Shown: piece by piece, positions 13,301 through 25,517 of the stretch
Position numbering within the stretch: position 1 is the stretch's first letter
Layout: every line of letters starts with the position of its first letter
NCBI GenBank assembly: GCA_030704615.1
Contig: CM060731.1
Coordinates: 81,964,001-82,028,000 of the forward strand
DNA: 64,000 nt
Reading direction: 5' to 3'
Source: Takakia lepidozioides
Lineage: Eukaryota > Plantae > Bryophyta
Made by a program: the position numbers and the translations under genes
The notes under the pieces: generated by a model
Databases searched by the model: none
Seen by the model: only the letters and a program-made list of their open reading frames with translations
Told to the model about the DNA's origin: nothing

Positions 13301-16300
13301 AATGAAATGGCCGAGAGTGTGTGAGAGGAAGGATGGAATGTGTAAAGTAAACAATGGTCACTTTGAGGGCTTACTCTGAGGTGTATTTCCAGCATTGGAC
13401 CAATTGAAATTCTTGTATCTTTGGTTGGTCTTAAAATATACATAAACAGGGGGACAAAGAAAAGAAATTACGAAAAGAAACCTTATAACATTCACAGATG
13501 CTAGGAAGGAAATGAAATGAAATGGTACTTTATACCGTCCGTGGGAATCTCAAAAAGCTTATGGGACAAGAGGAAGAAATGAAATGAAATGAAATGGTGC
13601 TTTATAACGTCCGCGGAAAGCTCGTAGAGCTTATGGGACAAAATGGAAGAAAACATGAGAGAGGAACAAATCCAGAAACCACAATTAATGTTCTAGCGAT
13701 TGTCTAAGGGTGAAGGCCTCGTGTAGGTAGGCTGCCAAGCATTTTTGATCCTCATAGTGAAAGACATCAGTGAGAGTTTGGGTTCCACTGAATAAACTGA
13801 AGAAAGAAACAAGAAAGAGAGGGGCCACAAGAAGGAACTTTATAACATCCAAAAGAAGACCTAAGAGCTCATGGGAGAGTACCTTGAACAGGCTAGAACT
13901 GGTGTGAGCATCGACAGCGCTGAAGGGATCATCTAGCAGATAAATGTCAGCATCTTGGTACACAGCCCGAGCCAACTGAATTCGCTGCTTCTGCCCTCCA
14001 CTCATATTAATCCCCCTCTCACCTATCTCTGTTTGATCCCCATAAGGAAAGCTTTCCAAATCCTTGTCCAATGCACAGGCTCGTAATGTCTGCTCATACT
14101 GGACTTTATTCATCTGCTGCCCAAACAAAATATTGTCCCGTATTGTTCCACTCTGAATCCACGCTGATTGAGCAACATATGCAATGCTTCCCGACATTCT
14201 TACCTGTAACAGCAGTGCCCCAAGTATATTAGTCTTGAAAACCACTCGAGGTAGCAGCAATAAAACAGAACAAACAAGAAAAGGTAAACTTATAAAACCA
14301 GTCCTTGGCCTATAGTGGGTGACATGGAAGCAATCAGGCAAGGAACGTAACAGCAATGAGACAAGCGGATATAGACACCTATCTACGTACATTTAGAGGA
14401 ACCATATGCAAACTTGCACCTGTGAATAGTTTTCATATGTGAGCAGTAGGGACCTGCTTGCAGCTGCAAGTTAAGAATGTACTCATAAGACGTTTGCCAT
14501 AGCCTTGTGGCCATTGACCCCGCGCCCAGTTTGAGTGGAAACCAAAGGGACAGAACCTACCTCTGTCAGGGGCTGACATTGGTAGTAAGACTTACCTTCA
14601 TACAAAGAATTGATTCGGGTTTTCCAGATATCCTCTAGAAATCCCTTCACACAAGCATCAATCTGCTGTGTGCGACTTGCCCAAAAACTAGGCCTCAGAA
14701 GGGCCTGGGCTTTTGGCTCAGCCTCGAGACTTTCAAAGTTGGTAAACAGAGGTACAGGCACAATTCTCTTGATAGATTGGAGGAGAGCTTCTCTCTGGTG
14801 AGAGTACCCCGGACAGTGACTCAGAAAATGAATATTGTCTTCGGGTAGCCCACACGACGGGCAATTGCACTCTCCCTTTCCTCTCTGCTTCTGTTTACTG
14901 TTCAAAGGTAGGCTTCCTGCCCTGGGTTTAAATTTCAGTCTGGTGCCAAGAGTGGGTAGACCCTTGAGGTCATCCATGATATCCTCCCCCATGTCACAGA
15001 CTGGAAACAGGTTCAGGGAAGTTTTCTGCCTAACTTCATTTGCATCAGACAATTTACTGGTAACAGACATGGCTTTGGACACTACAGTCTCTAAGTCAGA
15101 TTTATCCAGCAAGGTCAAGACTTGCCGGTCCAGATTCAGATCCTTGAGAATCTCTTCTACTCTCTTCAGCCAGGACTTAGCTGCAAGTATAAGAAGCAAG
15201 CGTAGAGGATCCGAAAGTTCAGTATTTACCACGCCAGACACTTTGGGAATCTCCCCGAGGATAGCAGAGAGGAGTGTAGACTTTCCTGAGCCAACTTCTC
15301 CACACACAGCCACATGCTCCCCATGCTTGACCTTCACATTTATGTTCCTGAGAGTGGGTTTTCTTGCATCAGGATCCCAACTCAGCACACCTCCCTCTAT
15401 TTCAACAGCATATTCCGAGCTCTTCTGAGATTGTCTCACAACTGCATCATCTTGCAGCTCATCTTCTTGAAGGAACCGGCCTACCCGGGCGAGTGAGACT
15501 CGCACCTAACAGAACAAACAAGGTTTCAGGAAGTTATAAGGTGGGACTTAGTACACAATGAGGATGTGATCAAGCTTTAGTGAACTAAATCCCAGTAGAA
15601 TATAATGTTACAAATAAAACCTCACTTGAATAGTGATGCCAATCAAATCAGGAACAATGCGAATAGGCTCCTGGACGATCCGTAGTGTAGCAAGTGCTGT
15701 AAACACATTGCTTGCCGTGAGAGGAGTGCCCAAAAACAAGCACGCAATGAATGTGGCTGTTGACACAAACACAGGTAAGAGCCAAAACAGCATGGAGTTG
15801 TAAGTCCTTCGAAACTGAACGGCTGATAGCCATTCGACCTCAACTTTTCGCAAGTTATCAATCTCCTTTCTGAATCTGTCCTCCCAGGCCTGCACATAAA
15901 AGTGCATAGATCATGAATGTCTTCAATGTTCGTGTATTAGTGATAAGGTTTGGCAGCACACCTTCAACTCTCATCTCCATGAATGAGAGAATCAGAAATG
16001 TCAGGCAAATAAGTCCATGGCTGAACAACATCTCCAAAAGCCATGAAATACACATACTCTTGGACCAGTCATGAAGTTCACATCCACACAGGGAGAGCAA
16101 AGCAAAAGCAGATCAGAGTGACAAAAAATACTCATTGATGGGGAGACAAATAGAAGGAAGAAACTTCATAATGTCCAGAGTGGACCCTGAGGACCCATGG
16201 AGTGAAGTGGCACAACCAAAAAATGACAGACAGAGACAATTCAGTTAGGCAATTGACAGATTTTTGTTAAGAACCTTAGACATGAATGAACAATCATCTT

Positions 16301-18301
16301 GCAACAGCAAGAGATGAAATAAAACACAAGCAGAGAGACGTGCCATCAAACCAGGAGTCCCAATACCTGCAACTTGAGAATTTTCATGTTGTGGATGGCT
16401 TCAGTGGAGGCCCGTAACCGCGCATCTTGGGCAGCCATCAGATGGGTCTGACATCTCTGTTGAGCTTTTGCCATTGGAGTGTTTATAGACATGGCAATGA
16501 GTAAGACTCCAAGGGCTGCTAGGGTGGCCCAACCCACAGCATATGCCAGAATAACCAGGGCAATGATGACCTGAACTCCAATGGCCCATACAAAATGCAC
16601 CCAAAAGGAGAACTCGCCAATCCGATAAGCATCAACTGTCATATAATTGACAATCTCACCAGACGCATGTTTTTGCCTTCCTGTAACATGGCAACTCCTT
16701 ACAAAGTTAAGACAAGCTGGGAATAAGACAGATTGGAGGGGAAAGGGACATAGCAGAAGAAGAAATAAAAAGACAATAAATCCTTGAGGACTCTCTCAAA
16801 TCTAAAATAGAGCAAGACTTGGATATGATGACAGAGATCCACACCCACCCCCACCCCCCCAAAATAATGTGCTCTGTTAACATTGATGGTCAATGGCAAT
16901 ATGGTATTGGGGAGGGGATGGAGGATAGTCAAATACTTAACCATTTCACCCTACTTCCCTTATAAGATTTTTCTTCTAAGAAGAAAACTAGGGAACAGGT
17001 TCACCAAGTATGAACTGCAGGCAGTTGCAGTAAATTACAAAGCTTACAGTGCTGACCTATCCCAGGTGGGGTTGAAGTCCAAAAGCAGTATACTAACTGG
17101 TGCAGTCAACCTGACCTGTGCTAGACAGTCGTAGCTCTTTCTGGTAGATGGCCGCAATGAGGGCTGATCGGATCTGCACACCCACTCTCCGGCTACCAAA
17201 GTACCCCTGCCGCTGTGAGAGAGATTCTAGCATTTTGGCCAAAAATAGTCCAGCCACCAGCACATAGCCCTCATACTTGAATGTCTGCTTCCCCCCTGTA
17301 AAATCTATGAAAAGCTTAAGGACGATGGGACCCATTGATAGTGTAGCAGATTTGACGAGTGCAAAGACACCATTTAGAGCAAGTGGCTGCCAGAAGCATG
17401 ATGACAGCGCCCAGAAGATTGAGAGGGGTCGGTCAGGATCCTGTGAGGCTTGATTAGCCAAGGCCCGAATAAATTTGTTGTAAGCTGTCTCAGCTTCATC
17501 CTCCTTGCCGAGACGTGGCATATCTGCTTGATTCAAAGGTCTACTGGAACCCAGTAATAGAAGGGGGTTAAGCCACAAAAAGCTCATGCGGCTCAAGAAA
17601 CCAGCAGTCGCAAAGGGTGTAACATTTCTACCATCTTTTTTATTCCCACTCAAGGGGTCCCTCCCCTTGAGGAGAGGGTCGCGTAAGTTGTCAATTTCTA
17701 TGACAGGATTATCTTCTCCCTTCACAGCGCAATAGAGTAGTAGACAACACACCGGCCAGGAAGCCATCCCAAGGACAGTTGAAACTGAAAGTCGGTGCTT
17801 ATTGATTGAATCTAACAGCGCTGCAATGGCAGCAAATGTTCCTAATATGAATGTATAAACACACCAACATCGGCTGAATATTGCAAACGGAGGTCTTCGC
17901 CTGAGTCTTAGTGTAAGAGCGAGACTTATCCAAGCAATCCCTTGCATTAGAAAGAAAACCCATTCTTGCATTGGGTAAATTACTCCCTCCCTGCTCCAAC
18001 CATTGGCTATCTGCCATGTGGCAACTCCTAGATTCGCCAGACCCACTAAAGCAGTGAAGCATATGACAACCCCAGCGAAGATTGACCCCCTTCGCACATA
18101 TCTCTGAGGCTCTGACCTAAAGGCATTCCAGCTGAAAGTAAGAAACAGAAGCAGATCAATGCCGGAAATCATGGCATGTTGGGAGCATGGTGCAAGTACT
18201 ACAGCCCCGAACCAAGCCATAGTGTCTGTTACCTCCCCCATAGGTGCGCATCTTTCTGTGCAAGTACTGTCTATGGAGGTCACTGGGTCGCCACAAAACA
18301 T
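7387..18301 (-). CDS. ABCC: ABC transporter subfamily C (MRP), ABCC10/MRP14-like; coding exons 18301-17116, 16680-16367, 15889-15626, 15505-15230, 14203-13883, 12593-12507, 12250-11624, 10709-10545, 10099-9805, 9441-9227, 8979-8674, 8217-8154, 7967-7728, 7502-7387 (the start may lie on a short upstream exon)
   Basis: TMD0-TMD1-NBD1-TMD2-NBD2 layout. Linker [25 protein letters not shown]1: Walker A GEVGSGKS, signature [28 protein letters not shown]2: [34 protein letters not shown]-terminus [16 protein letters not shown] boundaries found for every intron. Confidence 0.95.
8330..8346 (-). mobile_element. Ultra-short (CATTT)n-tailed retroposon 3' end with 7-bp TSD
   Basis: TGTGAGA at 8323-8329 and 8347-8353 flanks AATGAAATGGTACTTTA, the family 3' end. 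Confidence 0.55.
12872..12892 (-). mobile_element. 21-bp 5'-truncated LINE insertion with 15-bp TSD
   Basis: ACTGACGAGGAAAGA at 12857-12871 and 12893-12907. The insert shares TGTACTCATAAGACGTT with the 3' end of the LINE fragment (14478-14494). Confidence 0.7.
13291..13313 (-). mobile_element. Ultra-short (CATTT)n-tailed retroposon insertion with 13-bp TSD
   Basis: AGAGTGTGTGAGA at 13278-13290 and 13314-13326 flanks AAAGAAATGAAATGAAATGGCCG. Confidence 0.6.
13509..13797 (-). repeat. Two adjacent (CATTT)n-tailed retroposon ends; 13581-13797 is duplicated at 19296-19512
   Basis: Shared consensus GAAATGAAATGAAATGGTRCTTTATAMCGTCCGYGGRAA..CTC....AGCTTATGGGACAA. The 217-bp copy differs from 19296-19512 at 2 positions. 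Confidence 0.75.
14472..15178 (-). mobile_element. 5'-truncated non-LTR retrotransposon (LINE) 3' fragment encoding the C-terminal CCHC (zf-RVT-like) region, in ABCC intron 4
   Basis: Open frame with RAGSLPLN...[20 protein letters not shown]...FLEDIWKTR. 10-bp TSD AGCTGCAAGT at 14462-14471 and 15179-15188. Confidence 0.85.
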
Positions 18302-18741
18302 TGCCCATGACTCTACACATCCACAGACACAAGAAAGCCAAAAGATTAATTCAGAGGAACCAAGTTTTCTTCTAATGTAAAATCTCCTAGTTGGGGTTAC
18401 CTCCACATCCTTCAAAATGGTTCGACTAAAATTAAACTGAGTTATTGACAAACACATAGCTGCAGACACCCTTCCCTGTCCACAATAATGCTGGGCACAA
18501 AGAACAAAATCAGGGATCATACATAGAGAGATCCGTACCTGAGTTGGGTCTGCCTAATGCTCAAGTAGCACAAATACATATTTCTAAACAGATAAAAAAT
18601 TTGGTATATCTAGGTGTTTAGAGACAAGCTAGAAAGCATCCATGATCCAGGCAATTCGAAAATGATAGAATTGAAGAGGTAGCATGCAGAGACACAATAC
18701 AGATCCTGTTGCACTCCACGAAAAACACAGTAAGCAGATTG

Positions 18742-18744
<3 letters not shown>

Positions 18745-18786
<42 letters not shown>
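18745..18786. repeat. (CT)n microsatellite
   Basis: About 21 CT units. Confidence 0.95.
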
Positions 18787-18788
<2 letters not shown>

Positions 18789-19295
18789 GTACAGATGTAA
18801 CCACATGTGTGCCATACAGATAAGTACAATAGGTATCCAACTTTTATGTATTAGGTGTACAGAAGAAAACGCCATGACCTTCACTGAATTCCAGATGTTC
18901 AGCAACTCCCGTTCCTCCATCAACAACAGCTTACGCTATTGCGATTTGAATTATATTTGAGAAGACATGTGGAGAATACAGTTATGTAGTTTCCAAACCC
19001 AGGGTTTAAGTGCCACAGTCAAGGGTTCAAGTATCTCACTTGAAAACATTGATGCGTCCATCGAAGTCCGCCTGTAACAGCACCTCGAGAGAAAAAAATA
19101 TTCCTCGGTGAAAATATATGTGGATGATATTCCAATAGAAACCTGTATATACGCCCGGCGAGTGTGTGTGTGAGAGAGAGACAGAGACACACAGAAAATA
19201 TTCAGCTGATGTCCTGATTATCACGTGCTTGCCATACCCTTCTCTCCTTGAGATAAGTAGGGAAAGGAGTGAGGTATTGTGTCCAGAAGGAGCGA

Positions 19296-19512
19296 GAAAT
19301 GAAATGAAATGGTGCTTTATAACGTCCGCGGAAAGCTCGTAGAGCTTATGGGACAAAATGGAAGAAAACATGAGAGAGGAACAAATCCAGAAACCACAAT
19401 TAATGTTCTAGCGATTGTCTGAGGGTGAAGGCCTCGTGTAGGTAGGCTGCCAAGCATTTTTTATCCTCATAGTGAAAGACATCAGTGAGAGTTTGGGTTC
19501 CACTGAATAAAC
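19296..19512 (-). repeat. Near-identical copy of ABCC intron segment 13581-13797
   Basis: 217 bp with 2 substitutions by eye. Confidence 0.85.
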
Positions 19513-19947
19513 AGTGGAATCTCCCACGGAAAGAAAGGAAAAAATTGAAGGGAAGGGAAATTTCTCGCGAGAGAAGGGAAATTTAGTACGGCCACGGGAG
19601 GTCCACATCGTCTAGGAAAACGGGGGTAGTATGTATTTGCAAACGGTTAACTTTGGAGACACTGGAAGCCTCTGTTTCACTTGTTCCTTCATAAGGAAAG
19701 TTCGGATGGCAACCAGTCCAGCTGATTGAGCCTATCTATAAGATATGTAAGTACGATAGTCATGTAAGATATCCCACGAAATTCCAAGACTGACCCGTCC
19801 TTCTCACTCCCTCCTATAGCACTGAATATGTTAGGAGAGTGTCTGTTCGCTAGAAGATTTTTCCATACTTTCGGAGTCGCCAGCAGTTTCATGCGCCAGA
19901 TTGCAGTCCATGTCTCTTGCCTCTCAACAAATCATTCTTTCTGACAT

Positions 19948-19950
<3 letters not shown>

Positions 19951-20020
<70 letters not shown>
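19951..20020. repeat. (CT)35 microsatellite
   Basis: Read directly from the sequence. Confidence 0.95.
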
Positions 20021-20022
<2 letters not shown>

Positions 20023-20337
20023 CAGGCTTGAGCTCCAATTCAACAAATAAATTGAATGTATAATACATAATTCTCCGTTACACCTGTAGCGAGGCCAATC
20101 TTTTCTCCAACAGCCAAAAACACTAAAATTGCACGAACAATCTCGTCAATATCGAGTACAACTTCAATAAGTCTGCCAAAACTCAATAAGACTGTGACAA
20201 GTACCAAGCTAAAATTGAAGAGTCCTCCCAAATTCCAAAAGCGGGCAAGACATCCACATTTCTCCTATGAACAGATAAGCCTGAGATCACCAACAGCCGG
20301 TGAGAATTCTAAAAAACAACACCGGCACTCATGATGG

Positions 20338-20440
20338 CAAGCTTCACTCCTGTCTCTCTCACTCACTCGCATATCGCAGTACAGGAAAGAATCATTCCCT
20401 ATTGTCTATAAATCCCTGTCTCAACACCCTGCAAGCTTCA

Positions 20441-20502
<62 letters not shown>

Positions 20503-20760
20503 CATTTCATTTCTCTCACAGATCGCACTGGAAAGAATCATTATATAAATCCCTGTCTCAACAGCCTGCAAGCTTCACTCTCTCTTCTCTTCTAGGTCAG
20601 ATTGCACAGTTTTTTTTTTTTTTTTGAAAGAATCATTCCCTATTGTACATTAATCCCTGTCTCAACAGCCTGCAAGCTTCACTACTCTCTCTCTCTCTAT
20701 CTCTCTCACAGATCGCACAGGAAAGAATCATTCCCTATTGTACATAAATCCCTGTCCTAC
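20338..20760. repeat. Degenerate tandem repeat, about 4 units of GCAAGCTTCACTC-(CT)n-...GAAAGAATCATTCCCTATTGT..ATAAATCCCTGTCTCAAC
   Basis: The motifs recur at about 20338, 20431, 20568 and 20672, with an embedded (CT)n tract at 20444-20498. Confidence 0.75.
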
Positions 20761-22852
20761 AACACTACACTTCTTCTCCTCTCCCTCTCTCTCTCAATAT
20801 CAGCAAAGAATCATCCTCTAGCATGCCTACATTCCCGTCGTAACAGCTCGGATCTGTAGCAGTGGATTCGCCGCAAATATCTGCGGGATCTCTGTTCTAC
20901 ACTCTCAAGAATTGTTGAATCGCAGATAGAATTCACAGGCAGGTCCGACGGCTACACTTTCAACCAACGCCCGGGGGCCAACCACGTGAGGGGCGAAACA
21001 TGCTGGTGGCTGACGGCGCGGCGACAGTGGGTTTCCCATCTGTTGTTTCCCTTTCTCTTAGGAGACCACGAATCTCAACACGCCCATAATCATCCACCTT
21101 CATTTTGCTCATATGTACGTTGTATTTTCAATGCCCTATGACTGGTGGCTTTATGCGCTCGCGTTGTTTACGGAAGAGGTAAAGCCCTGGCCCTAGGGCG
21201 AGGCCTTTACCTTTCGTAAGAAACGTAGCTGCCCGTTTTCGAGAGTGACCCGTTCTCCTCTGCGTTGCCACTAGGGTTTGAAAATCGTCTGACCAATATT
21301 AAGAGTAATAGATCCATAAAATATGCCAGCCATGCCAAGGGGACACATTCCATAATCTGGCGATACAGCCCCGAAAACCTGTAATCACGTGCGAGGGAAA
21401 ATTCCTGTCCCCTAATTTTAACAAAGCCAAAAAATCTGAAGGCTTTTACGTGTAGGGTAAGGCCCCTGCCGCACAGCCGGCTATCGCCTGCTACACCCTA
21501 CAACTACTGCTACATAGAAAAATTGCGGCCGCACTAACATGTTTAAAATGTTTTAGCCATAACTATAGTTATCTACCCTAAAAACTTCCTTCCTACTTTA
21601 GAGCGAATCTAGCACTACCCCCGTGCTAAATCTAAACAGGCGCGCCATTTTTGGGCAGATGACCGCGCCATTCTCTGCCATCGCCATTCCCATTCGCCAT
21701 TGAAAGCCTCGAGTAATGTGCAGCATTGTGCTCCTAGCCCGTGATCTTGTCTCGTTTGGCTATGGCGAAAAGGAAGGAGGCGCGAGAATATGGCGAGAGA
21801 AGTCGACAGGGGCAGGCGAACGCATATTTAAAAACTAACAATATGCACTTAAAAACATGTTAAGCTAAAATGTTGGTGCGGCAGGGATATTGTTAGTTGG
21901 AGCAGTTGTTATGAAAACGGGCCTGCTAACCGTTAGCAGGTGTTCTACGCGAACAGCCCGGTGCGGCGGGGCCTGGGGATTACCGGAATGAGCCCACTCC
22001 CTCGTGGCGGGCCGAGTGTAGGTAATCCCCCACACGAGGAGGCTTACCGTGCGTGAAGAACGTGCAGGGAACGGTGCAATGCACGCGCCAGGCTGGCTAG
22101 TGAGTTACACGATCCTATAATCTACCCGCCAGGCTGTCGAGTGACTGTAATCTACCCGCCAAGGCTGGTGCGTAGATTCACAGGTTTAAGTCACTGGTTT
22201 CCTTTGAGGGAAAAAGCTGAAAGTTCTTTACAGTATGCTCATACATTGACTAGATGCTGTTTAGGGAATGAGAAAAAATTCTTTGGCAAAGCTCTCTCAA
22301 GATTGGTTAATCTGGTCTCAAAATCCGAAAGGAAAGACTCCAGGAATGACTCCAAAAGCTAACCCGGCTCTAAGAGCCGTTCGGTGGGCTCTATCCTCCT
22401 CTCGTACATAAAGTGGGCTTCAAACCGTATTTGTGCCCACGAATGCAGACCTACCACATCGCCCCACCGTTTCCATGATGGAGTACATCCAACGGAGCAT
22501 AACAAGCTTGGATGGATCTAACGGCATAAGTGAGGCTACCAAATGGGCATGCGTCAGCACATTACAGCATGTAGGGGTCCACCACTTGTGGCCCATAGGC
22601 TCATGTATCCTCACTGTGCGGTGAGGGGTTACACATGCGCATTATCTTAGTTCTTGTTCAAAAGTGAAAGGTATGTGGGTCCCAAGCCGGACAAGAATCT
22701 ATTTGTAGGAGATACGTGTCAGACTTCGAACCTTTGTCGGGGGCATTGAGATTTTCTTTGGTAGAAGGTAGTATTTGAATGGGCACTGAAATTTTCATTG
22801 GTAGAAGGTTCTACTTTTCTTGTAAGAGGAGACTAGGCATCAGTGTCAAAAC

Positions 22853-23196
22853 CACTGTTGGGCCGTAATTTGATTTCTTTCATAACCTCCAGTTTGGTTT
22901 TTTACAAATCTTGAAATCCAAGAACGACAGTTCCAGTTTTTTTCAGATTTTTATGAAAGAACACCGGATCCAGTTAATTGTGAGAACCTCAAAGAACTGG
23001 CGGTTTTCATCAAATAATCGGTGGGTCTTCGGCGGGTCTTTGATGGTTTTCAGGCTGGTTATTTCAAAACTGCGTAACTGGTGGTTATGAGCCTTTGTCG
23101 GTTCTTTCTTTTGTACGAACCGTAGTTATATATCCATATAAATTTTTCAATGACCTCCAGAGGTTTGTAGCTGAATCAAAAAACCTCCCAACACTG
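22853..23196. mobile_element. hAT-type MITE
   Basis: TIRs CACTGTTGGG / CCCAACACTG. 8-bp TSD GTCAAAAC at 22845-22852 and 23197-23204. Confidence 0.85.
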
Positions 23197-23445
23197 GTCA
23201 AAACCACTTTGATCTTGTTTCACTTCCCAAAGATGACACCTCTTTCGTTGTGTGATATTTGATGAAAAAGAAATAGATGAAGCCATAACCTTGGAGGAGT
23301 GGTGAGGTTACATGATCACAATGACATGATGATTATTTTGGATGAAATATATCTCTTTATCATATGACACCTCCCACAGCGTAAATTATGGTGTCTCCTG
23401 ACTCAATGCCTTCAGAATCATTCCTATTCACATCTAAGAGGCGAC

Positions 23446-24071
23446 GAGGTTGGTAGCGCGTGAGCACACCACGCCGCTGTGCAACTGCTCGCGGGAGCAG
23501 AAGACAGCCGCGGGAGCAGAAGACAAAATGTCGAAAATTCGTGAATATTCCCGAAAAGATGTGCGACGAAACAAAATTGGAAATTTGCGCTCACAAGGAC
23601 CAAGATGGGGTTGTCACCCTATCACCAAACACAATACATATTGTTTTGCCCACGAAACCATAGGATAATGACCTACGCAGCGATACCTGAAAATTTCGCC
23701 AGCGAAACCCATTATTCTACTGGCAAAATCCACTATTTCGTTGGAGAAACCCGATACCTTGATTTATTTCGTTAACGAAACCCGTTGTTTGCCTCGATAT
23801 ATTAATTTGTTCAACTATTGTTTGGTATTTGTGGTTTTGGATGGTGTTGGTTATTGTGACTTTGTTTTTCTCTAACATGTTATTCTTTTGTAGAATACCA
23901 AAGATGTAGATATATGGAACTTGGAGCTCGTGGATATAGGGTTTGGGGATTTTATTCCGTTTTGAAAACATATAGCTCCTATGACCGCGGTTTAAAAACA
24001 TAAAACCCCATGACCGTGGTTTGTGCTCACGCCATTTGTGCTCACCAGTGCGCTCACGTTCTACCAACCCC
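23446..24071. mobile_element. Mutator-like (MULE) MITE
   Basis: TIRs GAGGTTGGTAGCGCGTGAGCACAC / GTGCGCTCACGTTCTACCAACCCC. 10-bp TSD (A/T)AGAGGCGAC at 23436-23445 and 24072-24081. Confidence 0.8.
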
Positions 24072-24361
24072 TAGAGGCGACAAGGAGGAGCCCCAATGCC
24101 ACTAGTCGTTTATTGTATCCACATATGAGAGAGAAGCGAGTCCGGCCAAAGCCGGGGTAACTAAGAGTCACTTCACATTTTGGCGGCTACGATCTTTTAG
24201 GCAGGTGAGCTTTATATCTATGGAGATAATATGCACTTTTGTTGTCAACTAATTAACTGATCTCTTATGCCTTGGGACCTATTTCGTCATAAAAAAAACT
24301 TCATGGTCAACATTTTTCTCCCTTTTCCTTGAAACCCAACGTTGTCATTTCTTTGGGCTCC

Positions 24362-24536
24362 ATTTTTTTTTTTTTAATATAGACGTCTCCCCAAGGGAGC
24401 GTAAATTATGGTGTCTCTTCACCACAAGGACTACTGCCTTCCAGCTGAAAGGTGGACACCTTCATGACGCACACCAGACCGTGGTTGGAACCCACAACAT
24501 CATCCAACATGGTATGTGCCCTTACCACTGGGCTCA
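24362..24536 (-). mobile_element. tRNA-derived SINE with poly(A) tail
   Basis: The minus strand has A-box AGCCCAGTGG, B-box GGTTCCAACC and an A tail at 24363-24375. Homologous to 56894-57030 and to a fragment at 23366-23413. Confidence 0.75.
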
Positions 24537-24740
24537 GAATACAAATTGTGTCCTACCTTCTCAATTGAGTATGCTAAGCATCTGAAAAAAAAAATTCCAC
24601 GGTCATTGTTACTTTCTGCCATTGATCAATGAGAGATGAAAAACATGTTTTCCAAGATTTAATGACGAAACACAAACACGCACACAACCACCAAACCCTT
24701 TCTTGGATACACATATTCCACCATTTTTATTTCCGTACAC

Positions 24741-25000
24741 GTTTGCCTTAGTGGAAGTGGTGTTGGCAGCTTTCATTACGTCCTTCAGTGTCCCGCCAAA
24801 CTGTGCCAGAAGCCCTTCCCAAAAGGCTGCTAGCATGGGAGACATCTATTGGTCTGACGGAACCTTTTGGAAGTCCTCGGGCTCCGTCCCCTCAAATTCC
24901 TCCCGCTCTCGAGCGACCTCACTATCAGAAGCATAAATTGCCTCGTCCAGTGGCCACTCCGGTGACACGTTGCTCCCACCGGGCTCACCAGGATCATCAT
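24741..25000 (-). pseudogene. gag: gag 5' remnant of a chromovirus (same family as 40799-41200), interrupted by the DNMT element
   Basis: DDPGEPGG...AFWEGLLAQFGGTLKDVMKAAN matches ORF 40799. It continues at 37761-37850. Confidence 0.85.
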
Positions 25001-25190
25001 TGTCGTGCGCATACATATCGCTACACAACTACATCGCTGTCCAAAACCACACAACACATGTGCACACCACACACTAGTATACCACTAGTCTACCACTAGT
25101 CCAGCCACTAGTCCAACCACTAGGCTACAACTAGTCAGTCACTAGGCTGCCACTACGCTGCCCACTATGGCAGTCACTAGTCCACACAAT
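25001..25190 (-). repeat. Repeat B2 (190 bp; 3' terminus of the element)
   Basis: Identical to 25518-25707. Rich in CCACTAG(T) motifs. Ends in CA on the minus strand. Confidence 0.95.
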
Positions 25191-25515
25191 GATAAAGAAG
25201 AAGAATACAAGCACAAGCTCATGCGAGCTCACAAAGCTGAAGCATAAACTCATGCATATATAACCTCATCACTCAAATACAAGTCAAGCCAAGTGCACCC
25301 CACGCCATGGGAATCCACACTACGGCGCCATAGCTAGGCGCGGTGAGGCTCAACTCGAGAAAGATGAGCCTCCCGCGCTTGCCGTGAAGATAACCACTCC
25401 AGGGCCTAAATCTGCCTTGACCCCTGGATTGACACTTGGGCCAATCCCAAATGTCAATATGTAAAAGCTAGCTATTTCCTAGCTAGTTTCACACTAGTGG
25501 TAAAATAACTTGACA
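25191..25515 (-). repeat. Repeat A2 (325 bp)
   Basis: Matches 37434-37760 apart from 1 substitution and 2 homopolymer indels. Confidence 0.95.
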
Positions 25516-25517
25516 GC

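Noticed and set aside
21165-22062. Small hairpin (21167-21220) and imperfect inverted repeats (about 21441-22060), plus G-boxes at 20983 and 21386
   Set aside because: Probably decayed MITEs, but no TSD could be defined. Isolated 6-mers are not evidence of regulation.
24362-24536. tRNA genes here and at 56894-57030
   Set aside because: A and B boxes are present but there is no cloverleaf; the shared 3' body and poly(A) indicate SINEs.
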